A model generated the notes under the pieces. It ran no database searches. It was not told where the DNA came from and saw only the letters and a program-made list of their open reading frames with translations. Positions 51,508 through 59,358 of a stretch of 64,000 nt of DNA are shown piece after piece. The translations under genes were made by a program, and so were the position numbers. The stretch comes from a virus. The stretch lies in IMG/VR virus record IMGVR_UViG_3300026097_000020, positions 3,520 through 67,519 of that record; one strand, 5' to 3'. Within the stretch, counting starts at the first letter, position 1, and every line of letters begins with the position of its first letter.

Positions 51508-52257
51508 TTGAAGATTTATAATCCCGCACCAGGTAGACCAATAACAAGTCCTTATGGTCCCAGGAGACACCCCATCACAGGTGAGCGAGGTAAAATGCAT
51601 CACGGCATTGATTACGGTGGCACCTTCAATGTACTAGCCGCACAAGATGGTATCGTTGTACACATTGGATGGAGTCGAAACGGTGGAGGGCATGTCGTAA
51701 TTATTAAACATGCTAACGATCTTTACACGGTATATTATCATGGAGCACATAGAACTCCCCTCAAAAAGAAAGATCGGGTTCGAGCTGGAGATTTTATCTA
51801 TCGTTCGGGCTCAACCGGAGCCACCACGGGACCCCATCTCCACTTTGAAACCCGAGTCAGAAGGGGGTGGGGAGCCACAAGAGATCCAGAAATTTACCTA
51901 ACAGGATCTATTCCAGACGTTGAAGAAGAAAACAATAACGGATACAAGGTATCTATTAGAGTCGATGGAAGAATCGGTCGTAATACCTGGAAGGCCTGGC
52001 AGACAGCACTTAAAGCTAATTGGAATTATCGTGGAATCCTCGACGGCAAACCAGGCAAAATGACCTGGACAGCAGTACAAGAGTCCACTGGAGATCACTA
52101 CACAGGAAAGATTGATGGCATTCCAGGACCGCTTACTCGCAAGGCTGTACAGCTAAGGCTAAAAGATCTTGGAGAGTACAGAATGGCTATCGATGGAATT
52201 TGGGGTAGGGGAACTATTAGTGCCCTACAAAGAGCATTGAACAAGGGGACGTACTAA
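51508..52257 (+). CDS. endolysin: M23 peptidase + peptidoglycan-binding repeats
   Basis: H.GID, Y.H, GSTG..TGPHLHFE; C-terminal DG..G..T repeats; AGGAGG RBS with TTG start. Confidence 0.9.
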   Translation: MKIYNPAPGRPITSPYGPRRHPITGERGKMHHGIDYGGTFNVLAAQDGIVVHIGWSRNGGGHVVIIKHANDLYTVYYHGAHRTPLKKKDRVRAGDFIYRSGSTGATTGPHLHFETRVRRGWGATRDPEIYLTGSIPDVEEENNNGYKVSIRVDGRIGRNTWKAWQTALKANWNYRGILDGKPGKMTWTAVQESTGDHYTGKIDGIPGPLTRKAVQLRLKDLGEYRMAIDGIWGRGTISALQRALNKGTY

Positions 52258-52667
52258 TGTTGTCTAGCCTGTTTGTTGCACTTACAAGAGCTATGGAGCG
52301 TAAACAAAAGAAACAAGACTTTAGGCAAAAACGTAAGGATCACGAAGAAGAGGTTTTGGCTACTGGCCCTTCTTGGAAGCATCGGCGTAGACTGATTCAC
52401 ATTGCATTTGTAATGGGTGTTTCTATGATTTTGTTTGGTGCTGCCACGGTGTTGATGGAAAGTACTATTGGTGTAGAGATGATAATTGGCGGGGTAGCCC
52501 TAATATCAATTATCATCACCGCCTACACTACCTCTGCTACATATGAAGATGTTCGCTTATGGAACGACACACCTCGTGTAAGATTCGGAGAAGGCAATCC
52601 TAATCAACAAAAAGATCAAAAAAATATGCACACAGAGTTTGACACAGACAATCCTGATGGGCTATAA
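52257..52667 (+). CDS. 2-TM membrane protein (holin/antiholin candidate)
   Basis: Two hydrophobic helices, coupled to the endolysin. Confidence 0.55.
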   Translation: MLSSLFVALTRAMERKQKKQDFRQKRKDHEEEVLATGPSWKHRRRLIHIAFVMGVSMILFGAATVLMESTIGVEMIIGGVALISIIITAYTTSATYEDVRLWNDTPRVRFGEGNPNQQKDQKNMHTEFDTDNPDGL

Positions 52668-52699
52668 TTAATAAGTCATAACGAAAGGACATAAAACAT

Positions 52700-53038
52700 A
52701 TGATCATGACAAGTAACTTCTGGAAGTCAACAATTGAGGTTGCAATTAAAGCTGCGGCTGCTGCTGCTCTTGGTGTAATTGGTACTGATCAATTCATTAC
52801 CGCCATGAGTGTGGACTGGTTGCAGGTAGGTGGCGTTGCTTTGCTTGCCGCTATCGTTTCTATCCTTACCGCTATTGTTGCACCCAATCCAGACATTAGG
52901 GCAGCTCGTCGAGAAGCAGCACAGAAAGCTGCTCGACAGGCCGAGGAAGCAAGATTGGCCGAAGAAAAGGCTGCTGCTAAGGCAGAAGCCGCTAAGGTTG
53001 CTCCCAAGCGAACTCGTAAGGCTGCTCCAAAGAAATAA
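52700..53038 (+). CDS. holin (r1t-like) with basic Ala/Lys-rich tail
   Basis: FWKS..E.AIK...A.LG...VDW......LLAAIVSILTAI pattern. Confidence 0.75.
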   Translation: MIMTSNFWKSTIEVAIKAAAAAALGVIGTDQFITAMSVDWLQVGGVALLAAIVSILTAIVAPNPDIRAARREAAQKAARQAEEARLAEEKAAAKAEAAKVAPKRTRKAAPKK

Positions 53039-53051
53039 GTTATAATTAAAC

Positions 53052-53228
53052 ATGGCAACATATCAATATACTTGCAGGGTCTGTGATAAATCATTATCTA
53101 TTAATCGATCTATTACAGACCCTGCGGGGCATTATAAGTGTGATGTTTGCAACGAACCACTAAAGAGAGTATACTCTAGTATAGGTGTACAATTTAGTGG
53201 CAGTGGCTTTTATTCCACCGACAAATAG
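53052..53228 (+). CDS. FmdB-family zinc-ribbon protein (58 aa, below ORF-track cutoff)
   Basis: MATYQYTCRVC...KCDVCNEPLKRVYS..GVQFSGSGFYSTDK; TATAAT 5 nt upstream of ATG. Confidence 0.85.
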   Translation: MATYQYTCRVCDKSLSINRSITDPAGHYKCDVCNEPLKRVYSSIGVQFSGSGFYSTDK

Positions 53229-53238
53229 GGGAGTCCGT

Positions 53239-53481
53239 ATGACCGAAGAAGTAGTTGACAAGGTAGAAGAGACTAGAAGCCTGGATGCTAACGACAGGTG
53301 TGATCAGTGTGGCTCCCAAGCCTACGTACTAGTTGTTGGCATAGCTGGAGAGCTAATGTTTTGTGGTCATGATTTTAATAAAATTGAAAAAAATTTAGAG
53401 GCATATCATAAGCTTCAGTCATTTTCTTATGTAATTTCAGATCAAAGGGATAAGCTGTCTACCGATAGGGCTGATGTCTAA
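53239..53481 (+). CDS. small actinobacterial-type zinc-binding protein
   Basis: DRCDQCGSQAYV...LMFCGH; GGGGAG RBS supports ATG 53239. Confidence 0.7.
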   Translation: MTEEVVDKVEETRSLDANDRCDQCGSQAYVLVVGIAGELMFCGHDFNKIEKNLEAYHKLQSFSYVISDQRDKLSTDRADV

Positions 53482-53822
53482 TGATTTTACCAGAAGGAAA
53501 TCAGGACCTAATCGACACCCTCATTCTTGAGGGTGCTTTGGTTATTAGCGGGATAGATTCAGACACAGGAGAAATAGTCTACACTTTTACCGACAAGCTA
53601 AAAGAGATGGCTCCAGATCTTTATGCAAGCTTTCTTGAGATGATCCAGCAATCTGTTATGTCTCTTTGGGAGAAAGGTTTTGTCAACATGAACGTAACAG
53701 AACAAAATCCCAAGGTTTCTTTAACCGAAATGGCACTAAAACAAGAAGGCTGGGGCAGTCTAAACGATACAGAGGTTCAAACAATGAAAGCTTTAATGAG
53801 AGCCTTGACTGAGGGGGAATAG
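53481..53822 (+). CDS. hypothetical (winged-helix-like) protein
   Basis: Coupled ORF, GIDSDTGE...LWEKGFV. Confidence 0.6.
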   Translation: MILPEGNQDLIDTLILEGALVISGIDSDTGEIVYTFTDKLKEMAPDLYASFLEMIQQSVMSLWEKGFVNMNVTEQNPKVSLTEMALKQEGWGSLNDTEVQTMKALMRALTEGE

Positions 53823-54238
53823 TGGAGTATTTAATTGGTGCCGCAATCACAATGATGGCTTATATTATTACAAACAGACTTGCTAAAAAACAATTTCCAG
53901 AAGAGGAAAGCTTAAAAATTACCTATAGTCAAAGTCATGTCTATGAACTAACAAAGCCATATCTAGATATGTTTGGCCCTATAGAAGAAAGTGTTGTAAC
54001 TCAATCTCAAAACTATATTAAAAATGTTTATATGAAAATTATGATCGTCAAAGACAAGGCTTATTGGATTAAAGACAACAAGTTTCTTGTAGCAGACATC
54101 GTAAACGGAGAGGTAAACAAAGAAAATGCCGCAGAAGTTGACACGATGAGTATGGATAAGGTAGAATTAGATGAAATGCTTTTTATTGTCGAACAACTAA
54201 GGGGAGATGAAAATGATAGTAGGGGTTCAGGGAAGTAA
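53822..54238 (+). CDS. hypothetical protein with N-terminal TM helix
   Basis: Coupled ORF with hydrophobic N-terminus. Confidence 0.6.
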   Translation: MEYLIGAAITMMAYIITNRLAKKQFPEEESLKITYSQSHVYELTKPYLDMFGPIEESVVTQSQNYIKNVYMKIMIVKDKAYWIKDNKFLVADIVNGEVNKENAAEVDTMSMDKVELDEMLFIVEQLRGDENDSRGSGK

Positions 54239-54563
54239 GTCTTTTGATGACTACAACATCTTTCTTAGGGCAATTGGTACAGCTTTATCTACAATTCCAG
54301 AAGATGATTCAGATTTTATAGTTTATTCGATTGGCCCCGCCAATGTAAACAAAATGGCCCTAGAGTTTTGCAATGTTACCGAGCGTAGCATGAAAGCTAA
54401 GGGTGTTAGAATTAAAATGTTTAGAATTCCCTTTACTTGGGCTAAAGAAAATGTTCAAGAACTAGACTACTTTATTTATTTAAGCAAGCCAAAGGAAAGA
54501 AACTCTGAGCTTGTAGATCTAGCTGATCGTAAAGACATTGAAGTGGGAGTTTATAGATATTAA
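54207..54563 (+). CDS. SLOG/YspA-like protein
   Basis: IVGVQGSKSFDDY N-terminal motif; TTGACA...TAGAAT promoter-like site upstream. Confidence 0.5.
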   Translation: MKMIVGVQGSKSFDDYNIFLRAIGTALSTIPEDDSDFIVYSIGPANVNKMALEFCNVTERSMKAKGVRIKMFRIPFTWAKENVQELDYFIYLSKPKERNSELVDLADRKDIEVGVYRY

Positions 54564-54925
54564 TGCTAAGCAATAGAGAGACGGCTTTTCTTTCAATGGC
54601 AAGGTATTTTGCTAAGAAATCTAAGGCCAAGAAAAGGCATGGTGCGGTTATTGTTAAGTCTGGTCGAGTTGTTGGAGTGGGCTATAACAAGAATCGCAAC
54701 AACCCACTGTTTTGCTCCCCAGAGCATATAAAGCCACACGCTTCTCGTCATGCTGAAATTAATGCTATGAGAGAGGCTGGGGAAAACGTTGCTGGTGCTG
54801 TCCTTTATGTTGCGAGAGTCAACAATTTGGGTCAGGATCGTAACAGCAGGCCTTGCACCCTGTGCGAGGCGGCTATAAAACAGGCAAACATCAAAAAGGT
54901 AATCTACACAAAGGATAAAAAATGA
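54563..54925 (+). CDS. cytidine/dCMP deaminase family protein
   Basis: HGAVIV, GYN, HAE, PCTLC zinc motif. Confidence 0.85.
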   Translation: MLSNRETAFLSMARYFAKKSKAKKRHGAVIVKSGRVVGVGYNKNRNNPLFCSPEHIKPHASRHAEINAMREAGENVAGAVLYVARVNNLGQDRNSRPCTLCEAAIKQANIKKVIYTKDKK

Positions 54926-55134
54926 TTATCACATCTCTTGAAAAAATGGAAAACCTGGTGGAAAAGGCAAAGTATTTGTATTGGGATGGATGGACTGTAA
55001 TTAGTTCTTACCCTTCAAAAAAGGGCAGTACATCTAAGTATGGTGCTTATCGTGAAGGACAGTGGCACATCCAGAGAAGATTTGAGCCTGGCGAAAAGGG
55101 CTGGGATATTCCAGAAAGGTTCTTAAAGAGTTAA
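54922..55134 (+). CDS. hypothetical protein
   Basis: Coupled ORF, WDGWTV motif. Confidence 0.6.
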   Translation: MIITSLEKMENLVEKAKYLYWDGWTVISSYPSKKGSTSKYGAYREGQWHIQRRFEPGEKGWDIPERFLKS

Positions 55135-55424
55135 TGAATAAAAATGAGTGGAAGGATGAAGCTGCTTGTAAAGGCTACGACACCAACTTATTTTTTGACA
55201 AATATGAAGACGACCCTTCATTAAGACCAGCAGTTGATAAGATTTGTGCTTCGTGTCCGGTAGCACGAGAATGTTTTGCTGTTGGTGTTTCTCAAAAAGA
55301 ATGGGGAGTTTGGGGCGGTATCTATGTTGAAAATGGTAAAATATCTAGAGAGTTTAACAGGCATCGCACAAAGGCAGACTGGGCAGACACATGGCAATAT
55401 CTAACGATGGACAATAAAAAATGA
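55134..55424 (+). CDS. whiB: WhiB-family Fe-S transcription factor
   Basis: AAC......FF...C.SCPV..EC...GVWGG. Confidence 0.92.
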   Translation: MNKNEWKDEAACKGYDTNLFFDKYEDDPSLRPAVDKICASCPVARECFAVGVSQKEWGVWGGIYVENGKISREFNRHRTKADWADTWQYLTMDNKK

Positions 55425-55669
55425 CATATACAGATGAAATGGCAAGAGCATTCAGATCCCTCGATCACTTTGCACCTAAGGGATTTGGGTTACAGTTAAT
55501 TGATAACGACACCTTTATTACAGTAAAGGCTTCAGAAAATCAATTTAATCAGCTTGATGACTTTAATAAAAGAAGGGCTGTGGAATACATGGCTAGGGTA
55601 AAAGATGCTTTAGAGCAGAACGGTGCTATTGTTCTTTTAGTAAGAGAGGGCGGTGAGGAAATCGTATGA
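55421..55669 (+). CDS. hypothetical protein
   Basis: Coupled ORF (ATGA overlaps). Confidence 0.6.
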   Translation: MTYTDEMARAFRSLDHFAPKGFGLQLIDNDTFITVKASENQFNQLDDFNKRRAVEYMARVKDALEQNGAIVLLVREGGEEIV

Positions 55670-56085
55670 ATATCTTAGAACTAATTATTTTTATTGTTTT
55701 TATTTTATTGTTCTTTACAATGACATCTTTGGCAGTAAAGTTTAAGATTGATACTGTAAAGCTTAGAAAAGATGTTGATCAGGGGATAGCAGACCAGCTC
55801 GCATTGATGCAAAAAATTGAAGATGCGTACAAGAATACTGATACAAAAAAGATTGAAGAAACAGAAGGTTTTTTAAAGTTTGTTTCACAGTCTAGGGACT
55901 GGGCATTTCAGTACATTGAGCGGGTACAGATTGTAATCAAAGACTTTCAGGATGTCTTTCATCCTTTGGCTGAAGAATATTACAAAGATAAAGACAAGCC
56001 AATAAATCAAGAAGAATTTGGCAGACTATTCGAAGCTTATAAAAAGCTTATCGAGGAGCTGCCAGAAGAGGGCAAAAAGAAATAG
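55666..56085 (+). CDS. membrane-anchored coiled-coil protein
   Basis: N-terminal TM helix; FLKFVSQSRDWAFQYIE. Confidence 0.6.
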   Translation: MNILELIIFIVFILLFFTMTSLAVKFKIDTVKLRKDVDQGIADQLALMQKIEDAYKNTDTKKIEETEGFLKFVSQSRDWAFQYIERVQIVIKDFQDVFHPLAEEYYKDKDKPINQEEFGRLFEAYKKLIEELPEEGKKK

Positions 56086-56088
56086 GTC

Positions 56089-56117
56089 TTGACAAACACA
56101 CAACCTTAAAATATACT
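56089..56117 (+). promoter_or_regulatory. sigma70-type leaderless promoter
   Basis: TTGACA-17 nt-TATACT, 6 nt before ATG 56124. Confidence 0.8.
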
Positions 56118-56123
56118 GTATAT

Positions 56124-56660
56124 ATGAACATATTCTATTTAGACAACGACACAGAGAAGTGTGCAGAGTATCACCTAGACAAGCATGTGGTAAAAATGAT
56201 TCTAGAGTACTGTCAGCTATTGTCTACCGCTCATAGGCTCACAGACGGCCTACAGGAGCCAGGACTTTCTAAAACTGGTCGTAATGTAAAGCGTTGGAGA
56301 TTGCTTGACGACAGAGACTCTGTGCTGTATCAGGCTACTCACATCAACCATCCTTCAGCCGTATGGGCAAGGGAAAGCAAAGAGAATTACGTCTGGCTGG
56401 CAGATCTACTTGTAAAGCTATGTAAAGAATACACCAGACGATACGGCAAGACACACAAGTGTGAGTCAGACGGTCTGGTCAAAACATTGCAGCAAGCTCC
56501 TGAGGGTATGAGTGCAAAGGGCTTCTCACAACCCACACCAGCTATGCCTGATGAATACAAGAGTGATGACTCCATTATGTCCTACAGAACATACTACATA
56601 AAAGATAAGTCTTACATTGCTTCTTGGAAGACAAGAAATGTTCCTTCGTGGTATAATTGA
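56124..56660 (+). CDS. pyrimidine dimer DNA glycosylase (DenV-like family)
   Basis: MNIFYLD...DKHVVKMILE..QLLSTAH, THINHP..W, EYT.RYGK.H, AMPD. Confidence 0.75.
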   Translation: MNIFYLDNDTEKCAEYHLDKHVVKMILEYCQLLSTAHRLTDGLQEPGLSKTGRNVKRWRLLDDRDSVLYQATHINHPSAVWARESKENYVWLADLLVKLCKEYTRRYGKTHKCESDGLVKTLQQAPEGMSAKGFSQPTPAMPDEYKSDDSIMSYRTYYIKDKSYIASWKTRNVPSWYN

Positions 56661-56663
56661 TTT

Positions 56664-56736
56664 GTCCCCTACAGGACCTTGGGATGGATTAGTTACCTTA
56701 CCCGTGGCCTTCGTGCTTGAATTTCCTGTAGGGGGC
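56664..56736 (+). ncRNA. putative small structured RNA, family unknown
   Basis: 13-bp closing stem GTCCCCTACAGGA/TCCTGTAGGGGGC around two small hairpins; own TGGTATAAT promoter at 56649-56657. Confidence 0.55.
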
Positions 56737-56764
56737 CTTCTTATTTGTATGATAGAATGGTGTT

Positions 56765-58087
56765 ATGCCTTATAGTGTTGGAGAACGTGGATCATACGGG
56801 TGTTCTGGGTACCCCGTCGTAAAAGACTCAGACAAAGAAGTAATGGGTTGTCATGAAACCAGAGAAGCTGCTGTAGCTCAAATTGCTGCGATTGAGTCTA
56901 GTGAATCAGAGGAAAAGGTGGGCATTAAAAATCCTCAGCCTTGGCCTGGTACAGCAATAAAGACTGACGGGGCAATGGGGCAACCCGAGCCAGCATCTAG
57001 AGCTGCTTCTGTTTTAAAGTATCCCAAAAAGAAAAAGAAAAGAACTGTTGGTGGTGTTGGCGGAGACTCTGCTGGTGCAGTAGCCACAACTGGTGGCGGT
57101 ACTGGCATGGGAACTAAAGAGTATGACATCGAGACAGCTAATGCTATTAGTGAAGAAGTTGGCAAAGAGCACGGTGGGATCAAAGAGGGTGACTTCGTAA
57201 TGGGTCAGACCACTGAAGGTATGGTGCATGGTGTTGTAGAGCACATCATGTGGGAAGGTGGCACGCTGGGCACTCCTGGATCAGAGTACGCCATTGAATC
57301 TATGCCACCAGAAAATCCTGCAATGTCTATTAGAATTTATGAATACGAAGAAGACGAGGATATGTGGGAGCCAACCGCATACAGTATCGGTATGCGATAC
57401 ATTGATGCACAGGTTGTAGACATGGAAGATCATAGCATGACTGAACAAGAGATGGAGTCTGTGTATAAAGCAGAAACCTATTCACCCACATCCGGCATGA
57501 AGGCAGCAGCCAGACGTGCTCTTCAGTGGAAGGAGGATGGTGAAGCCAAGGGTGCTGGTACCGCAGTCGGTTGGGGTAGAGCAAGTGATATCGCAGCAGG
57601 CCGCTCGATGTCTCTTAGTGTAGTTAAAAGAATGTATTCCTTCTTCTCGCGTCATGAAAAATCTTCTAAGGGTGCCAAAGGTTTTAATTCCGGAGAAGAG
57701 GGGTACCCATCTAATGGTCGCATTATGTGGGACGCATGGGGCGGTGACGCTGGCTACAGCTGGTCTCGAAAGATAGCTGAAAGAGAAAGTGATAAGGCGT
57801 TGTTTGCAGATTTTGGAAAAGACTTTACAAGAGTAAATAGATTAACAGAGATCTTCAAGGCTGACTCTGTTCGCGTGGGGCAGATGGTGTCCTGGAATTC
57901 TTCTGGCGGCACTGCCAGGGGCAAGGTTCGAAGAGTTATTCGTAGCGGATCTTATGATGTACCTGGTACAGAAATTAGTATTAATGGAACAGAAGAAGAT
58001 CCTGCTGTTGTAATTACATTGTATCGTGATGGTGAAGCTACAGATACTACTGTTGCACACCGTATGAGTACTCTCAGAGCCTCCTAG
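56765..58087 (+). CDS. multidomain head-associated protein (includes Tudor/DUF2945-like domains)
   Basis: Modules GCH.T...A.AQIAAI, RM.SFFSRH...WGGDAG, G..VSW.SSGG...G.V seen in phage head-morphogenesis proteins; TGATAGAAT 6 nt before ATG. Confidence 0.7.
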   Translation: MPYSVGERGSYGCSGYPVVKDSDKEVMGCHETREAAVAQIAAIESSESEEKVGIKNPQPWPGTAIKTDGAMGQPEPASRAASVLKYPKKKKKRTVGGVGGDSAGAVATTGGGTGMGTKEYDIETANAISEEVGKEHGGIKEGDFVMGQTTEGMVHGVVEHIMWEGGTLGTPGSEYAIESMPPENPAMSIRIYEYEEDEDMWEPTAYSIGMRYIDAQVVDMEDHSMTEQEMESVYKAETYSPTSGMKAAARRALQWKEDGEAKGAGTAVGWGRASDIAAGRSMSLSVVKRMYSFFSRHEKSSKGAKGFNSGEEGYPSNGRIMWDAWGGDAGYSWSRKIAERESDKALFADFGKDFTRVNRLTEIFKADSVRVGQMVSWNSSGGTARGKVRRVIRSGSYDVPGTEISINGTEEDPAVVITLYRDGEATDTTVAHRMSTLRAS

Positions 58088-58105
58088 GGGCTGTCTAAGA
58101 CTTCT

Positions 58106-58129
58106 GGGGGTACTATTGTATACCCCTCA
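58106..58129. terminator. hairpin between convergent transcripts
   Basis: GGGGTA...TACCCC inverted repeat between the 56765 gene and the tmRNA 3' end. Confidence 0.4.
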
Positions 58130-58140
58130 ATTGCATTTAG

Positions 58141-58383
58141 TGGACGTGAGGGGAATCGAACCCCTGTCCAGATCTTTCTCCAATGAGCTTCTACATGTTT
58201 AGGTCTTCGACCAGATATTGCGATACTGCTATATAGTTATGGTATTGCTATTTTGCTATAAACTAAGCCGCTAGGGCAAATTGATTTTGTTTTGCATTTA
58301 TTAGTTTGCCACCGATTAAGGCACGGTAGCCCTACCACATGCTTCCTCATCATTGATACGACCTGTCGAAACCAGGCACGCCC
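58141..58383 (-). ncRNA. ssrA: tmRNA (transfer-messenger RNA), reduced, 243 nt
   Basis: GGGCGTG/CACGTCC-A acceptor with G3-U70, GGTTTCGAC 5' motif, T arm GGGGTTCGATTCCCC, pk1, tag ORF AKQNQFALAA* at 58295-58263; promoter TGTTATAAT at 58390-58398. Confidence 0.92.
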
Positions 58384-58401
58384 AGATATATTATAACACT
58401 A

Positions 58402-58659
58402 TTATGCTACATCGTCAAGCATACGATGATGAGTACGATGCTTGTGGCAGTTTGCACAGACGACGTCACACTTCTTAATCTCTTCCCAGGCCTTGTCAAT
58501 ACCGTACTTCTTAAGTACTCGGTAGACATTGTCTAGCTTTTTGTGCTCTGGTCTGTGATCAAACTCAAGCATATAGTGGGGGTAGCGATTGCGACAGTCA
58601 GCACAGCCTTTATCTTCTTTATACTTTCGAATTTTAGGTAGGTGCTCAGATACCGTCAT
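58402..58659 (-). CDS. HNH endonuclease
   Basis: CADC...LEFDH...EIKKCDVVCANCH; same subfamily motif as 47431-47865. Confidence 0.85.
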   Translation of the reverse strand: MTVSEHLPKIRKYKEDKGCADCRNRYPHYMLEFDHRPEHKKLDNVYRVLKKYGIDKAWEEIKKCDVVCANCHKHRTHHRMLDDVA

Positions 58660-58685
58660 CTTAATACTATTGTAGCATTGTATTC

Positions 58686-59312
58686 TTATCCGTAAGCATT
58701 TTTGGGACCCACAAGCGGCATCCTGGACATAATCTTCTTGGTAACTGGTCCGTGAACACCCTTTTGATAGAACATTGGGCTATCGTTACAATAGATGTTC
58801 CAGTATTTCATTGTCTCTGCTCTAGCTTTATCCTGATTGGTTTCAACAGAGATATTAAATTCTGTAGCCATTGCTAAAAAGTTTACATAATCTTTATTTA
58901 AATATACAATGGCATGTGCTGCAAGCATGTTGTATACTCTGTATACATCTTCCTCGTATCTTTCTGCAGAAACTTTTCGGATACCCCTGCCAGCGTAGAG
59001 CCCAAACATTGAGTTGCCCAAATAGAATGCATCAGCGTTTTCTGGTACTGAAATGATAGGTCTAAAACTAGAAACATCTACGTCGTCTTCAAAAATGATA
59101 AAGGGGGTGTCTTGTGACGATAATTCTTTTAGCAGCTTATTGTGAGACTTTGCTACCCCAATTCTTTTAAGATCATCTCTAATGGCATCAAATCTATTTA
59201 CATTTTTAAAACCCAGGTCCTTCATGGTGACTTCAAAGTTTTTAGATTTTTCAACATCTTCTTTTAAATTAATGTAATAAACGGGTAAATGGGTAAGATT
59301 TAAATTGTTCAT
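58686..59312 (-). CDS. glycosyltransferase (GT25-like)
   Basis: YYINL, RFDA, G.AKSH, IIFEDD, AHAIVY; minus-strand TGATAGAAT 6 nt before ATG. Confidence 0.8.
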   Translation of the reverse strand: MNNLNLTHLPVYYINLKEDVEKSKNFEVTMKDLGFKNVNRFDAIRDDLKRIGVAKSHNKLLKELSSQDTPFIIFEDDVDVSSFRPIISVPENADAFYLGNSMFGLYAGRGIRKVSAERYEEDVYRVYNMLAAHAIVYLNKDYVNFLAMATEFNISVETNQDKARAETMKYWNIYCNDSPMFYQKGVHGPVTKKIMSRMPLVGPKNAYG

Positions 59313-59358
59313 AATATAATTCTATCAGATATGGCTGATATAATTAAATGAGGAGAAA

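Noticed and set aside
53185-53238. ORF-track N-terminal extension of the 53481-ending gene
   Set aside because: Overlaps the FmdB-like CDS; the RBS supports ATG 53239
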